Source: an uncultured Leptospirales bacterium
Lineage (GTDB): Bacteria; Spirochaetota; UBA4802; UBA5550
NCBI GenBank assembly: GCA_964585555.1
Contig: CAZPEK010000001.1
Coordinates: 1-35,894 of the forward strand
Direction: 5' to 3'
DNA: 35,894 nucleotides
The translations under genes and the position numbers were made by a program. This document shows, one piece after another, positions 16,758 to 25,923 of the stretch. The notes below the pieces were generated by a model. It saw nothing but the letters and a program-made list of their open reading frames with translations, was not told where the DNA came from and searched no databases. Each line of letters starts with the position of its first letter. The first letter of the stretch is position 1.

Positions 16758-18335
16758 TTACCGCAGTGAAGCGATCACAGCATCAGCGGCGCGTATGCCA
16801 TCGACTGCTGAACTCACAATGCCGCCGGCATAACCGGCTCCCTCTCCGGCAGGGAAAAGGTTTTTGTGAGAAAGGGAAGAAAAGTCTTTCCCCCGGGTTA
16901 TGCGGAGTGGCGACGAGGTGCGTGTTTCCGCCCCGATGAGTAGTGCCTCGTCTGTGACAAATCCCTTCATTTTATTATTAAGGCGGGGCAGGGCAGCCGC
17001 CAGTTCATCAGCAATGTCAGCGGGTAGATAAGACCTTACATCTGCAGGCTCTACTTTCGGCAAATAGCTGGCAGCGGGGAGACGGGTATCTTTTTTGTTT
17101 TTAAGAAAGGAAGTCAACCGTTGTGCCGGCGCGGCTTTTCCTTCTCCACCTGCGGACCAGGCAGCCGCCTCTATCGTCTGCTGAAGAGCAATACCGCTGA
17201 AGAGATCAGCCTGCAGTGTTTCTTTGTGAATCGAAACAACCAGTGCCGCGTTAGAAAAAGTTCCCCCCCGGTTAGAAAGAGACATCCCGTTTACACAGTG
17301 AAGTGACTGCTCAGAAGATGAGTTAATGACCCTGCCGCCGGGACACATGCAGAAACTGTAGGTTCCCCGCCGGCTTTCAGGGTTGTGCCATGAAAGGGTA
17401 TACTCTGCGGGGGGAAGGATATCCCGGTACCGGGAGGTGCCGTATTGAATCTCACGAATAAGTTCCGCGGGATGTTCAACCCGTACCCCCAGGGCAAAGC
17501 CCTTCTGCTCCATGGTGACTTTTTGGGCTCTCAGCATGCCGTAGGTATCACGGGCTGAATGCCCGGTGGCGAGGATTACCGCGTCGGCGGTGTATTCACG
17601 GCCTGATGCGGTGCGGATGCCTTTAACTTCCTTACCCGAAAGAATTAATTCAGTTACCTTTTCTGAAAAGTGTATTGTTCCGCCCAGGGAGAGAAGTTGT
17701 GTGCGCAGTGATCGGAGGATGTCCACCAGGGCATCAGTACCGATGTGGGGTTTCGCTTCGTATTTCACTGAAGGATGAGCACCGTGTTCCACCAGGCGGT
17801 CATAGAACCAGGTGCTTTCGGGACGCCGGGTTCGGGCCGTCAGCTTGCCGTCGGAGTAGGTGCCGGCGCCCCCTTCGCCAAAGACAACATTACTCTCAGG
17901 ATTCAGGGTGCCGGTTTCTTCAAGGGCTTTGATGTCGCTGATTCGGGCTTCAAGGCTTTTTCCCCGCTCAATGAGGGTTACCTTAAGGCCGGATTCTAAA
18001 AGACGAAGGGCGGCAAAGAGTCCTGCGGGCCCGCTTCCAATAACCAAAATATGACCCTGTCTCAGGGGTTTTGGTACTTCTGGTAATTCAGGTTCCTCAA
18101 AGGCGGAAACATCTTTGCTGGAGAGAAGCTGTTCTGCCTCGTTCCGGGAAAGGGACACCACCACCCGAAGAAGGTAATGAATCCGGTTTTTTTTTCTTCC
18201 GTCGAGGGATTTTTTTAGAATAGTTTCAAGCTTGAGCCCTGGGCAGCTGTACTCTTTCTGCAGTCGGCGTTCGATTCCCTCAAAGCTTAGATCCTGGTCA
18301 GGGAAAATTATAAGGTTATTTATCTGAAATTTCAA
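16758..18335 (-). CDS. FAD-dependent oxidoreductase, COG2509-type (uncharacterised FAD-dependent dehydrogenase)
   Basis: Dinucleotide-binding motif ILVIGSGPAGLFAALRL and LIERG. FGEGGAGTYSDGKL, CMCPGG and C-terminal LFPAGEGAGYAGGI are typical of this family as I recall it. TTG start 2 nt downstream of the AraC gene stop. Confidence 0.7.
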   Translation of the reverse strand: MKFQINNLIIFPDQDLSFEGIERRLQKEYSCPGLKLETILKKSLDGRKKNRIHYLLRVVVSLSRNEAEQLLSSKDVSAFEEPELPEVPKPLRQGHILVIGSGPAGLFAALRLLESGLKVTLIERGKSLEARISDIKALEETGTLNPESNVVFGEGGAGTYSDGKLTARTRRPESTWFYDRLVEHGAHPSVKYEAKPHIGTDALVDILRSLRTQLLSLGGTIHFSEKVTELILSGKEVKGIRTASGREYTADAVILATGHSARDTYGMLRAQKVTMEQKGFALGVRVEHPAELIREIQYGTSRYRDILPPAEYTLSWHNPESRRGTYSFCMCPGGRVINSSSEQSLHCVNGMSLSNRGGTFSNAALVVSIHKETLQADLFSGIALQQTIEAAAWSAGGEGKAAPAQRLTSFLKNKKDTRLPAASYLPKVEPADVRSYLPADIADELAAALPRLNNKMKGFVTDEALLIGAETRTSSPLRITRGKDFSSLSHKNLFPAGEGAGYAGGIVSSAVDGIRAADAVIASLR

Positions 18336-18337
18336 AA

Positions 18338-19423
18338 TCAGTTACCGGTATTGCTGCGGCGGTACTCAGCCGGCGACATGCCGGTCTCTTTTTTAAAGGC
18401 GGTATAGAAGGCGGTATAAGAGTTAAAACCAGTCGCATCGGCTATTGAATGGGTACTCCGGTCTTCTTCATCAAGAAGAAGTTCCTGTGCTTCTTTGATG
18501 CGGTATGAATTGATATATGCATTGTAGTTCTTTCCATAATATTCATTGAGAAACTGTGAAAGCTGGTGGGATGTTATTTCAAGTGCCGCGCTGAGGCGTC
18601 CCAGGGTCAGATCTTCATCGCAGAAAAGTTTTTCTTCAACCATCAGGAACTGCAGCTGATTTGAAAGCTCTTCAATGTCAATTTTTTCAAGACGCGAACG
18701 GGCGTATTCTTTTTTCGTAGAAGGGATTGTCGCGAATTGAAAAAGGAAGGGGTACCGCTGAGCGGCAAGGTAAACCATCATGTGGGAGAGGCTGATAAAG
18801 ACAGCGCTCACCCGGATCAGGGTCATTTTCATGGTGATAACACCGGTAATAGCAAAGGCGGAGAAGATCAGAAGAAGGAGCATCAAAACAGAAATAATTG
18901 TAATCCTGACATGAACCCGATTGTCCCGCCGTGCCGAAGAAAGAAGAGATTTCATGGAAAGGAAGAAATAAACCGTTACCAGGGTTATGCTGAAAACCGG
19001 TACCGTAACCATGAAGAGAGAATATTCCTGGTTCATCATTCGTTTCAGTATTTCAGTTTTTTCAGTCCCACTGAGGACTGCCATGGGGATTGAGATTACC
19101 ATGGCGAGGATGGCCGGTATCCAGTGGTATATATCATTTTTTTCAAATTTTTCTTTTTCTTCCGTGATGGCCAGTATATAGAAATAGATCAATGGTCCCA
19201 TGGCAAACACTGCGGGAATCTGGAAGGGGAATACATGGGGAACCTTAAAGAGGTATTGAGAAGAGGCCAGAAAAAGAAAGGTAATCAGAAAGCCGGTGGT
19301 TAAATTAAATGCCGCGAGGATACGGTTTCTGAATGATCGGGGCTTCAAGAGTTGTCCAAGGCCCATCAGAGTTGTCATTCCTGCGGCAATAAATATAATG
19401 ATATCTGAAAGATGAATATACAA
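18338..19423 (-). CDS. Membrane-embedded AraC-family transcriptional regulator (about 6-7 TM N-terminal domain plus C-terminal HTH_AraC)
   Basis: The N-terminal ~215 aa are hydrophobic helices. The C-terminus LTLGRLSAALEITSHQLSQFLN...YRIKEAQELL...IADATGFNSYTAFYTAFKKETGMSPAEYR is the AraC two-HTH signature. TTG start preceded by AGGGAG. Confidence 0.8.
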   Translation of the reverse strand: MYIHLSDIIIFIAAGMTTLMGLGQLLKPRSFRNRILAAFNLTTGFLITFLFLASSQYLFKVPHVFPFQIPAVFAMGPLIYFYILAITEEKEKFEKNDIYHWIPAILAMVISIPMAVLSGTEKTEILKRMMNQEYSLFMVTVPVFSITLVTVYFFLSMKSLLSSARRDNRVHVRITIISVLMLLLLIFSAFAITGVITMKMTLIRVSAVFISLSHMMVYLAAQRYPFLFQFATIPSTKKEYARSRLEKIDIEELSNQLQFLMVEEKLFCDEDLTLGRLSAALEITSHQLSQFLNEYYGKNYNAYINSYRIKEAQELLLDEEDRSTHSIADATGFNSYTAFYTAFKKETGMSPAEYRRSNTGN

Positions 19424-19740
19424 ATTATACTCCCTGTTTTCGGATAAAACCCACTTGTGTCCATGGTACTATCAGTGGAACTTCGGGGCAATTATTTTTC
19501 TAAAAGCTTTAAAAATGCTGAAGTTCTGGATATGTAACTTTTTCACCCCTCAGAGCGGCTGCGTCAGAAAGGTATTGACAAATATCCCGCTTGGGGAAAC
19601 CTGATATTTGACTCCAACCGGCAGTAATTCAAAAACATTCGAAAATTTAAGTTGAAAAAACAGGCCGTACCCCTTCTTATAATTATATGATAAAAGGGAT
19701 TTGGCCGCAAGAAATATTAAGATAGTAAAGGAGAAACCCA

Positions 19741-20265
19741 ATGGCCCAGGTAGGCATTATTCTCGGCAGTGATTCAGATCTGCCAAAGGTAAAAAACTGT
19801 TTTGAGACCCTTGAAGAATTTGGCATTCCTTTTGAAATAATCGTTAGTTCGGCACACCGCACTCCAGAAGAAACAAAAGAGTGGGTTTCTTCAGCACGGA
19901 GCCGCGGACTGAAGGCAATAATCGCTGTTGCCGGCGGAGCAGCACACCTGCCTGGTGTGGTAGCTTCTCATACGACGCTTCCGGTAATCGGAGTACCCAT
20001 TGAGACAAAAATTTCCGGGGGCCTTGATTCAATTTTATCGATTCTGCAAATGCCCGGCGGTATTTCTGTTGCAACCATGCCAGCGGGCAGCGCAGGGGGC
20101 ATAAACGCGGCCCTTTTCGCGGCTAATATTCTCGGTGTTGAAGACGCGTCAATTGCAGATAAGCTTGCTGAGTATAGAAAGAAGATGGCTGAAAAAATTA
20201 CAGCAAAGAATGCAGATATAGCAGATATGGGATATAAAAAATATATCGCAGGCCTTGAGGGGTAG
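19741..20265 (+). CDS. purE: 5-(carboxyamino)imidazole ribonucleotide mutase (class I PurE signature)
   Basis: VGIILGSDSDLP, SAHRTP and VAGGAAHLPGVVAS. I recall the AAHLPG motif as the class I (N5-CAIR mutase) signature. AAGGAG RBS. Confidence 0.9.
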   Translation: MAQVGIILGSDSDLPKVKNCFETLEEFGIPFEIIVSSAHRTPEETKEWVSSARSRGLKAIIAVAGGAAHLPGVVASHTTLPVIGVPIETKISGGLDSILSILQMPGGISVATMPAGSAGGINAALFAANILGVEDASIADKLAEYRKKMAEKITAKNADIADMGYKKYIAGLEG

Positions 20266-20267
20266 AT

Positions 20268-21833
20268 ATGATTGAACATGGTATTGACATTCCGGAAGAA
20301 CGAATAGTAATTCTCGACTTTGGATCCCAGTATACACAGCTTATCGCCCGGCGAATCCGGGAAATGAACGTCTATGCTGAGATTGTACCTTATTTTTATT
20401 CAATTGAAGAGATTAAAAAAGAGAAACCCGCCGGGATTATCCTCAGCGGCGGCCCGAGTTCTATCGATGAAAAAGGGGCTCCCCGGGTTTCAAATGAAAT
20501 ATTTGAGCTTGGTGTTCCGGTTCTCGGAATATGCTACGGCCTCTACCTGGTGGTACACGCCTTTAATGGCCAGAGCGAAGGCGCAGATTCCCGGGAATAT
20601 GGCCCGGCTAACATAGTCGTGACAGGAAAATCTCCTCTTTTTACCGGCCTGAAAAAAAAGGAAAAGGTCTGGATGAGTCATGGAGATAAGGTGGCCAAAC
20701 CCCCGAAGGGATTTCAGGTTGTTGCCTCATCTGAAAACGCGGAGATCGCAGCAATTGCCAATGACAAGAAAAAGGTCTACGGGGTACAGTTTCATCCCGA
20801 AGTGCATCATACTGATAACGGCAAGAAGCTTCTTAAAAACTTCCTTTTCAAAATATGTAAACTGAAGGCAACCTGGACCATGGAAAATTTCATCGACGCC
20901 TCTGTTGAAGCGATCCGCCAGGAAGTGGGTGACGGCACGGTGCTTCTCGGTCTTTCCGGGGGAGTTGATTCTTCTGTGACCGCGGCGCTGCTTCAGAAAG
21001 CGATCGGCGACCGCCTCTATTGCGTCTTTGTCAACAACGGGGTACTCCGTAAAAATGAAGAGAAGTCGGTTGTTGAGCGTTTTGAAAAGCATATGAAGTT
21101 GAACCTGATCTATGTGGACGCGTCAAAACGGTTTTTGAAAAAGCTGAAACGAGTAAAAGAACCGGAAAAGAAACGACGAATAATCGGAAAAGAATTTATC
21201 AAGGTATTCATGGAAGAAGCAAAGAAAATCGGTCAGTTTGATTTCCTCGCACAGGGCACCCTCTATCCTGATGTCATTGAGTCTGTTTCGACCAAGGGGC
21301 CTTCTGATACGATAAAGTCTCATCATAACCGGGTGCCCGAAGTGCTGCAGCTGATTAAATCAGGCAAGGTAGTGGAACCTCTTAAAGAGCTTTTCAAAGA
21401 TGAGGTCCGGGAGCTGGGGATGCACATGGGCATGGCTCCTGAGCTGGTTCACCGGCAGCCCTTCCCTGGACCGGGGCTTGCTATCCGCATTATCGGCGAG
21501 GTGACGGCTGAGCGGGTTAAGACCCTTCAGGATGCCGATGACATTATCATTGATGAAATCAAGCAGGCCGGTCTCTACAATGACCTGTGGCAGATATTTG
21601 CAGTTTTTCTTCCGGTGCGGTCTGTCGGCGTTATGGGTGATAAACGAACCTATGAGAATGTTATTGCCATCCGGGGAGTCACCTCAGTTGACGCCATGAC
21701 CGCTGACTGGGCCTATCTCCCCGAAGACCTGCTGCGGAAAATCTCTAACCGGATTATCAACGAAGTGAAGGGGATTAACCGGGTTGTCTATGATATCTCC
21801 TCAAAGCCTCCTTCCACTATTGAGTGGGAGTAA
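20268..21833 (+). CDS. guaA: GMP synthase (glutamine-hydrolysing)
   Basis: GATase domain (ILDFGSQYTQLIARRIRE, GICYG, QFHPEVHHT). ATP-PPase PP-loop SGGVDSSV. Dimerisation domain ending PPSTIEWE. Starts 2 nt after the purE stop. Confidence 0.95.
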   Translation: MIEHGIDIPEERIVILDFGSQYTQLIARRIREMNVYAEIVPYFYSIEEIKKEKPAGIILSGGPSSIDEKGAPRVSNEIFELGVPVLGICYGLYLVVHAFNGQSEGADSREYGPANIVVTGKSPLFTGLKKKEKVWMSHGDKVAKPPKGFQVVASSENAEIAAIANDKKKVYGVQFHPEVHHTDNGKKLLKNFLFKICKLKATWTMENFIDASVEAIRQEVGDGTVLLGLSGGVDSSVTAALLQKAIGDRLYCVFVNNGVLRKNEEKSVVERFEKHMKLNLIYVDASKRFLKKLKRVKEPEKKRRIIGKEFIKVFMEEAKKIGQFDFLAQGTLYPDVIESVSTKGPSDTIKSHHNRVPEVLQLIKSGKVVEPLKELFKDEVRELGMHMGMAPELVHRQPFPGPGLAIRIIGEVTAERVKTLQDADDIIIDEIKQAGLYNDLWQIFAVFLPVRSVGVMGDKRTYENVIAIRGVTSVDAMTADWAYLPEDLLRKISNRIINEVKGINRVVYDISSKPPSTIEWE

Positions 21834-21876
21834 GGCCTGCTTGAACATTTAAGCTAAAATATTTTTGCTCATATAA

Positions 21877-21915
21877 AAAGACCCGGGCTGCTGAAGCCCG
21901 GGTCTTTCTGGTTTT
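21877..21915 (+). terminator. Rho-independent terminator after guaA
   Basis: AAAGACCCGGGC-tgctgaa-GCCCGGGTCTTT forms a 12-bp stem, followed by ctggtttt. Confidence 0.8.
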
Positions 21916-22160
21916 AGTATTCATGGGTTTTTGGGGTGGGGAAGTTTATGAAAAATTTCTAATGAATCACCTGTGGTATTTGTATACCTTATGTGTAAAT
22001 CTCGCCTTTGTCCGTTCTGTCATAGAAAAAAACTATTTGGCTGGTCTTTAAACATGTCGAGTATTTTCAATGCAAAATAATTTTTGTTACATTAAGATGC
22101 ATTATGGGGCATGCGCCTCAGGTATGAAGAAGCAGTTTACTAAGTATCTAAGAATCAGTA

Positions 22161-22907
22161 TTAAAGTGTAAGGTTCACCTTACTGACATTATTCTTGAAA
22201 ACTCTTGTGCCGCCGCCTTCACTGACAATGCGTAATATCTCATCAGGATTTTCTATGATTATTCCAGAAAGAATGTCTACTTTATAGTCTTTGAATATCT
22301 CCTCGCACAGGGGAGTAGTCGATCCCACTAATGCTACTGTATTGCAGTTTCGTGATGATTCCAGAATGTTTTCAATTGTCATGTTTATAATTGATGTTGA
22401 TGTTATTATGGCTTTTGTGCATTGTGGCAGGAGGTCCAAGGCCTGCTCTTCGGTGTACAGGTCTTCTGATCGTGCCATGTTTTTTTCAAATATCATTAGT
22501 TTTTTGACATTACCTTTCAGCTTCTTGACGAGAGGACCGAAGTAACCGACCATCCCGACAATATCATCATTTTTTGCTTCAAGCATTTTGAGGGAGTCTC
22601 CCTCAACAGCTCTCTTTTTCAGATTATTTGTTGTGTTGAGAACCGCGTTCGCTGTTGCAACAGCAATAGTCCTTTCAAGCAGGTCCTGTGACATGAGCAT
22701 CTCTATTAAATCTTTTGCCTTTGATCCTGCAAATGAGTCATTTCTGACCATGCATTGATTCGGCAGTTCTGTTCTGAATGTATACGCAACTCCTGCTGAT
22801 TTGTTTTCCAGCATTACGCCCGTATATGTAAGGCCTGCTCGTACGTCAGTTACAGTTAAACATCCTGCCAGTTCAACTGCTCGTTCTTTCATGTTTTCGA
22901 GTATCAT
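22161..22907 (-). CDS. DUF4213/DUF364 domain protein (Rossmann-like; family annotated as 'putative heavy-metal chelation')
   Basis: N-terminal VTDVRAGLTYTGVMLENKSAGVAYTF matches the DUF4213 signature as I recall it. It is followed by a Rossmann-like half (DIVGMVGYFGPL...AIITSTSIINMT...VALVGSTTPL). I prefer the start at MILENMK (22907), which has an AGGAAGGA RBS. The longest ORF extends to 22934. Confidence 0.6.
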   Translation of the reverse strand: MILENMKERAVELAGCLTVTDVRAGLTYTGVMLENKSAGVAYTFRTELPNQCMVRNDSFAGSKAKDLIEMLMSQDLLERTIAVATANAVLNTTNNLKKRAVEGDSLKMLEAKNDDIVGMVGYFGPLVKKLKGNVKKLMIFEKNMARSEDLYTEEQALDLLPQCTKAIITSTSIINMTIENILESSRNCNTVALVGSTTPLCEEIFKDYKVDILSGIIIENPDEILRIVSEGGGTRVFKNNVSKVNLTL

Positions 22908-22951
22908 AGGGTTTCCTTCCTCTTCCCCTGACATTATTTATACAATCTGCA

Positions 22952-24469
22952 TCAGGAAATGCAAAGATTTTTTGATGCAAAATTAGGATCACTGGTTACA
23001 TTGAGCCCAAGTTTTCGAAGTCCCGCCTCATCCCCGGGTGATGGCATATGGGTTAAATGGACTTCACAGCCTTTAATATTTTTTAACCTGTCGACAGCTG
23101 TCTGTGCAGAGGGATTAAATGTGGCACTGATTGAAAGTGCAATAAGTGTCTCGTCAAGGTCAAGGCTGATATTCTTTCCAGAAAGAATCTCTTTTTTAAG
23201 ATATCCAAGAGACTCGGTAATATTTGGAGGAAGAAGATGAATCTCTTCAGGAATTCCAGCAAGAAATTTTACAGCATTGAGAATAAGTGCAGATGATGCG
23301 TGCATTAAGTTGGAATTACTGCCGGTGATTATAGTTCCATCGCTAAGTTCCATGGCAGCACCACAGAAAATGTTATCGTGGCCTTTATTGTTTTCTTTTG
23401 CCTTTATTGCAATTTCGCGAGCTGGCATGACAGGTGGTCTGTCAGTTGGCTTTGCTTCGACTTCTTTCATGAGAAGCTCAGCTCTTTCCATGGTATCTTT
23501 TTCAACAAGCCCCATTGCATATTCGCAGGAGTAACGAAAATATCTACGGATTATTTCCTGATGAGATGCTTCCACCGTTACTGCATCATCAATAATACCA
23601 AAACCTGCACAATTAACGCCCATATCTGTTGGAGATTTGTAGAAAGATTCTTCTCCTGTGATTTTTTCAATAATTCTTTTCAGAAGCGGGAATGCGTCAA
23701 CATCACGGTTGTAATTCACCGTTGATTCGCCATGTGCTTCAAGATGGAAATGGTCAAGAACATTGACATCTTTCATTTCGCAGGTTGCTGATTCATAGGC
23801 AACATTTACAAGATGTTTAAGGGGTAAATTCCAGATAGGAAAAGTTTCAAATTTTGCATAACCTGCCTTTACCCCTTTGAGGTTTTCATGGTAAAGCTGC
23901 GAAAGACAAGTGGCAAGCTTTCCACTTCCGGGACCCGGTCCAGTTACCACAACAACAGGTCGTTCAGTTTCAATATAGTCATTTTCTCCATATCCTTCAG
24001 CGCTTACAATCGTATCAACATCTGTTGGATAACCTTTTGTAAATTTGTGCGTGTAAACTTTTATTCCCCGGCGTTCAAGTTTATTTTTAAATGCCACAGC
24101 AGAAGGTTGCCCTTGAAAACGGGTAATGACAACAGCCCGAACCTTGATTCCCCGGTCATTGAAATCGTCAATCGTTCTCATGGCATCGACATCATAAGAA
24201 ACACCAAAATCGGCACGCATCTTTTTCCTTTCAATATCTCCTGCATAGATACACATAATAATTTCTGCCTGATCCTTCAATTTATGAAGTAGTTTCATTT
24301 TTACATTTGGATCAAATCCCGGCAATAATCGTGATGCATGATAATCAAAAAGAATTTTTCCTCCAAACTCAAGATAGAGTTTATTATTGAACCTTTTTAC
24401 CCTTTCGAGAATTGCCTCTGTTTGTTGTGTGAGATATTTTTCGTTATCGAATCCTGTTTTCCTGGTCAT
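22952..24469 (-). CDS. DUF1846 / UPF0371 family protein (function unknown)
   Basis: [85 protein letters not shown] and [10 protein letters not shown] all match my memory of the conserved UPF0371 blocks. The ~500-aa length fits. Confidence 0.7.
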   Translation of the reverse strand: MTRKTGFDNEKYLTQQTEAILERVKRFNNKLYLEFGGKILFDYHASRLLPGFDPNVKMKLLHKLKDQAEIIMCIYAGDIERKKMRADFGVSYDVDAMRTIDDFNDRGIKVRAVVITRFQGQPSAVAFKNKLERRGIKVYTHKFTKGYPTDVDTIVSAEGYGENDYIETERPVVVVTGPGPGSGKLATCLSQLYHENLKGVKAGYAKFETFPIWNLPLKHLVNVAYESATCEMKDVNVLDHFHLEAHGESTVNYNRDVDAFPLLKRIIEKITGEESFYKSPTDMGVNCAGFGIIDDAVTVEASHQEIIRRYFRYSCEYAMGLVEKDTMERAELLMKEVEAKPTDRPPVMPAREIAIKAKENNKGHDNIFCGAAMELSDGTIITGSNSNLMHASSALILNAVKFLAGIPEEIHLLPPNITESLGYLKKEILSGKNISLDLDETLIALSISATFNPSAQTAVDRLKNIKGCEVHLTHMPSPGDEAGLRKLGLNVTSDPNFASKNLCIS

Positions 24470-24743
24470 TGAAGTTACCTTTATGTTAGATGTTGAAATA
24501 AACTATACAAGAATGTGTTGAATAATTCTATTCAGAAAATGTGTCAACTAATTGTCGCAAAATAATGAAGCTTTGTGCTGCCGGTGTTTTCTTCAATAAT
24601 TTAACTTTCCAGTGACATGATGCAGATTCTGTAAAGAGCTGCACTGTTTTATGTACTGGCTGGTGATGCTGGAGCTTACAGTATATATCAAGGCTGTCCG
24701 GTGCCATTTTAGAAAATTTCAGGCTCAAAAAAGACCGGACTGG

Positions 24744-25217
24744 TCAGATTTCCAGAAGAATATACTGGTCTATCTGAAAGTGTTTGAGAATCTGTTTAAG
24801 ATATCTTTGCCGAACTGTGATATACACATCAGAACCGCTTTGAAGGATTTCCTGAAGAGAAGGAGAAAGTCCCTCTCCCCTTGTTTCCAGTTTCCCAACT
24901 TCATCGAGAAAGAATGGGGAATTCTCCGCTGTGGCTGCATCATGCATCACCTGGTTGGCAAAATTTAATGCCGATGTGGAAAAGCTGAAGTCACCCACCG
25001 TGCAGGCCTCTATCCAGTCAGGTGGGACCAGATTATGGCGCAGCGCAAGGGTTGTTTTCTCGCCAGAGGAGAGACGCAGGGCTTCATAGCCCTGGAATTC
25101 ACCGTCTTTTATGATTTTAGGCATGACAATTCCCTCGCCTTTTTCCATCTCACCATAAATTTTGCGTATTTCCATGGTTTTTCCCTGACCCCGTTCTCCT
25201 GTTATAACGTGTATCAT
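24744..25217 (-). CDS. Small P-loop NTPase, THEP1 (NTPase_1)- or DUF2478-like
   Basis: Walker A right at the N-terminus (VITGERGQGKT). Walker B FFLDEVGKLE in the position of the THEP1 DEIGKME motif. 157 aa. Confidence 0.55.
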   Translation of the reverse strand: MIHVITGERGQGKTMEIRKIYGEMEKGEGIVMPKIIKDGEFQGYEALRLSSGEKTTLALRHNLVPPDWIEACTVGDFSFSTSALNFANQVMHDAATAENSPFFLDEVGKLETRGEGLSPSLQEILQSGSDVYITVRQRYLKQILKHFQIDQYILLEI

Positions 25218-25307
25218 TCATTTCCCCGTATGATCAGCATCTATTTTTTTTTAAACAGCGAAAACCACCTCACACAAAACTACAACTGTTAAAATTTTTT
25301 CCTTGAT

Positions 25308-25359
25308 TCTACATTAAATATGTAAACATTACTAGTAAGATATATATGTTTAATGTAGA
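25308..25359. promoter_or_regulatory. 11-bp perfect inverted repeat (candidate operator) in the divergent control region
   Basis: TCTACATTAAA (25308-25318) and TTTAATGTAGA (25349-25359) are separated by 30 AT-rich nt. They lie between the NTPase start (25217) and the plus-strand genes (25540 onward). Confidence 0.45.
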
Positions 25360-25539
25360 GGTGAATGCAGTGTCAATCCCATAAAAGCATGCAGAATCCT
25401 CTTTGCCGCAGTCGGATACGGAAGCATCGCTCCGCTGATGGGCTTGAGTCTGCAGATCCATCAGAACCTGCGAATATTTGATTCCCTCATCGAACATCCT
25501 GTAGGAATCTGGTTCGGTAAAGTGGAGGCAGATAAAAAT

Positions 25540-25911
25540 ATGAAGGAGGCAAAGACGGTTGATAAAAAGCACAATATCTACATTCCTGAATTGGAGAAAC
25601 CAACACAGGATATCACCGCAGAATTTGAAAGGAAGGAACTTGACCATTCAGGGGACTACCCCTTTGTTCTTCGGGCTGGACGGCAAATGAGATTTAACGC
25701 AAATACCCTGATGCGGGATCCCGCATGGATGAAGGGGCTTAGCGAGTCTGCGCGAAAAAAACAGGTAGTCATTCCACACGGCTTTGGCCTTGTGCACGAG
25801 GGAAAAACCTGCGGCATAAATGTAAATAAACTGGCGAAGAACACGAACAGGGACTTTCTTGCGGCGACACCGCTTCACCGTTATGCGCCCTGCCGGATAG
25901 AAACAATTTAA
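25540..25911 (+). CDS. Stand-alone, internally shortened molybdopterin-dinucleotide-binding (Molydop_binding / FwdD-like) domain; possible gene remnant
   Basis: DYPFVLRAGRQMRFNANTLMRDPAW resembles the start of the C-terminal domain of Mo/W bis-PGD oxidoreductases (YPF.L.TGR...). VVIPHGFG...GINVNKL...ATPLHRYAPCRIETI resembles its end. The ~45-50-aa barrel core normally between them is replaced by ~10 aa. No N-terminal catalytic domains are upstream. ATG at 25540 follows GGAGG (11-nt spacing). Confidence 0.5.
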   Translation: MKEAKTVDKKHNIYIPELEKPTQDITAEFERKELDHSGDYPFVLRAGRQMRFNANTLMRDPAWMKGLSESARKKQVVIPHGFGLVHEGKTCGINVNKLAKNTNRDFLAATPLHRYAPCRIETI

Positions 25912-25923
25912 AAGAGGAAAAAA

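Noticed and set aside
19424-19740. Purine riboswitch or strong promoter upstream of purE (TATAAT at 19678-19683, CCCTT...AAGGG hairpin).
   Set aside because: The sequence does not fit the guanine/adenine riboswitch junction and loop consensus (no GGAUAUGG / CCGUAAAU-type elements). The nearest -35-like hexamer is 20 nt away, so there is no supportable call.
21928-21948. A 21-nt match (20/21; exact 15-mer GGGTGGGGAAGTTTA) between 21928-21948 and 30071-30091, which might be a dispersed repeat.
   Set aside because: One exact 15-mer match is roughly what chance predicts in a 36-kb window compared against itself (about 36,000 squared versus 4^15). The flanks do not align. The second copy partly overlaps the manC stop region. 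This would only become interesting if a genome-wide search finds many copies.
24528-24728. A 66-aa ORF (minus strand) in the NTPase-DUF1846 spacer, considered as a gene.
   Set aside because: It has a TTG start or an internal ATG, with no Shine-Dalgarno, no recognisable motif and unremarkable composition. I kept it only as a question in the findings, not as a feature.
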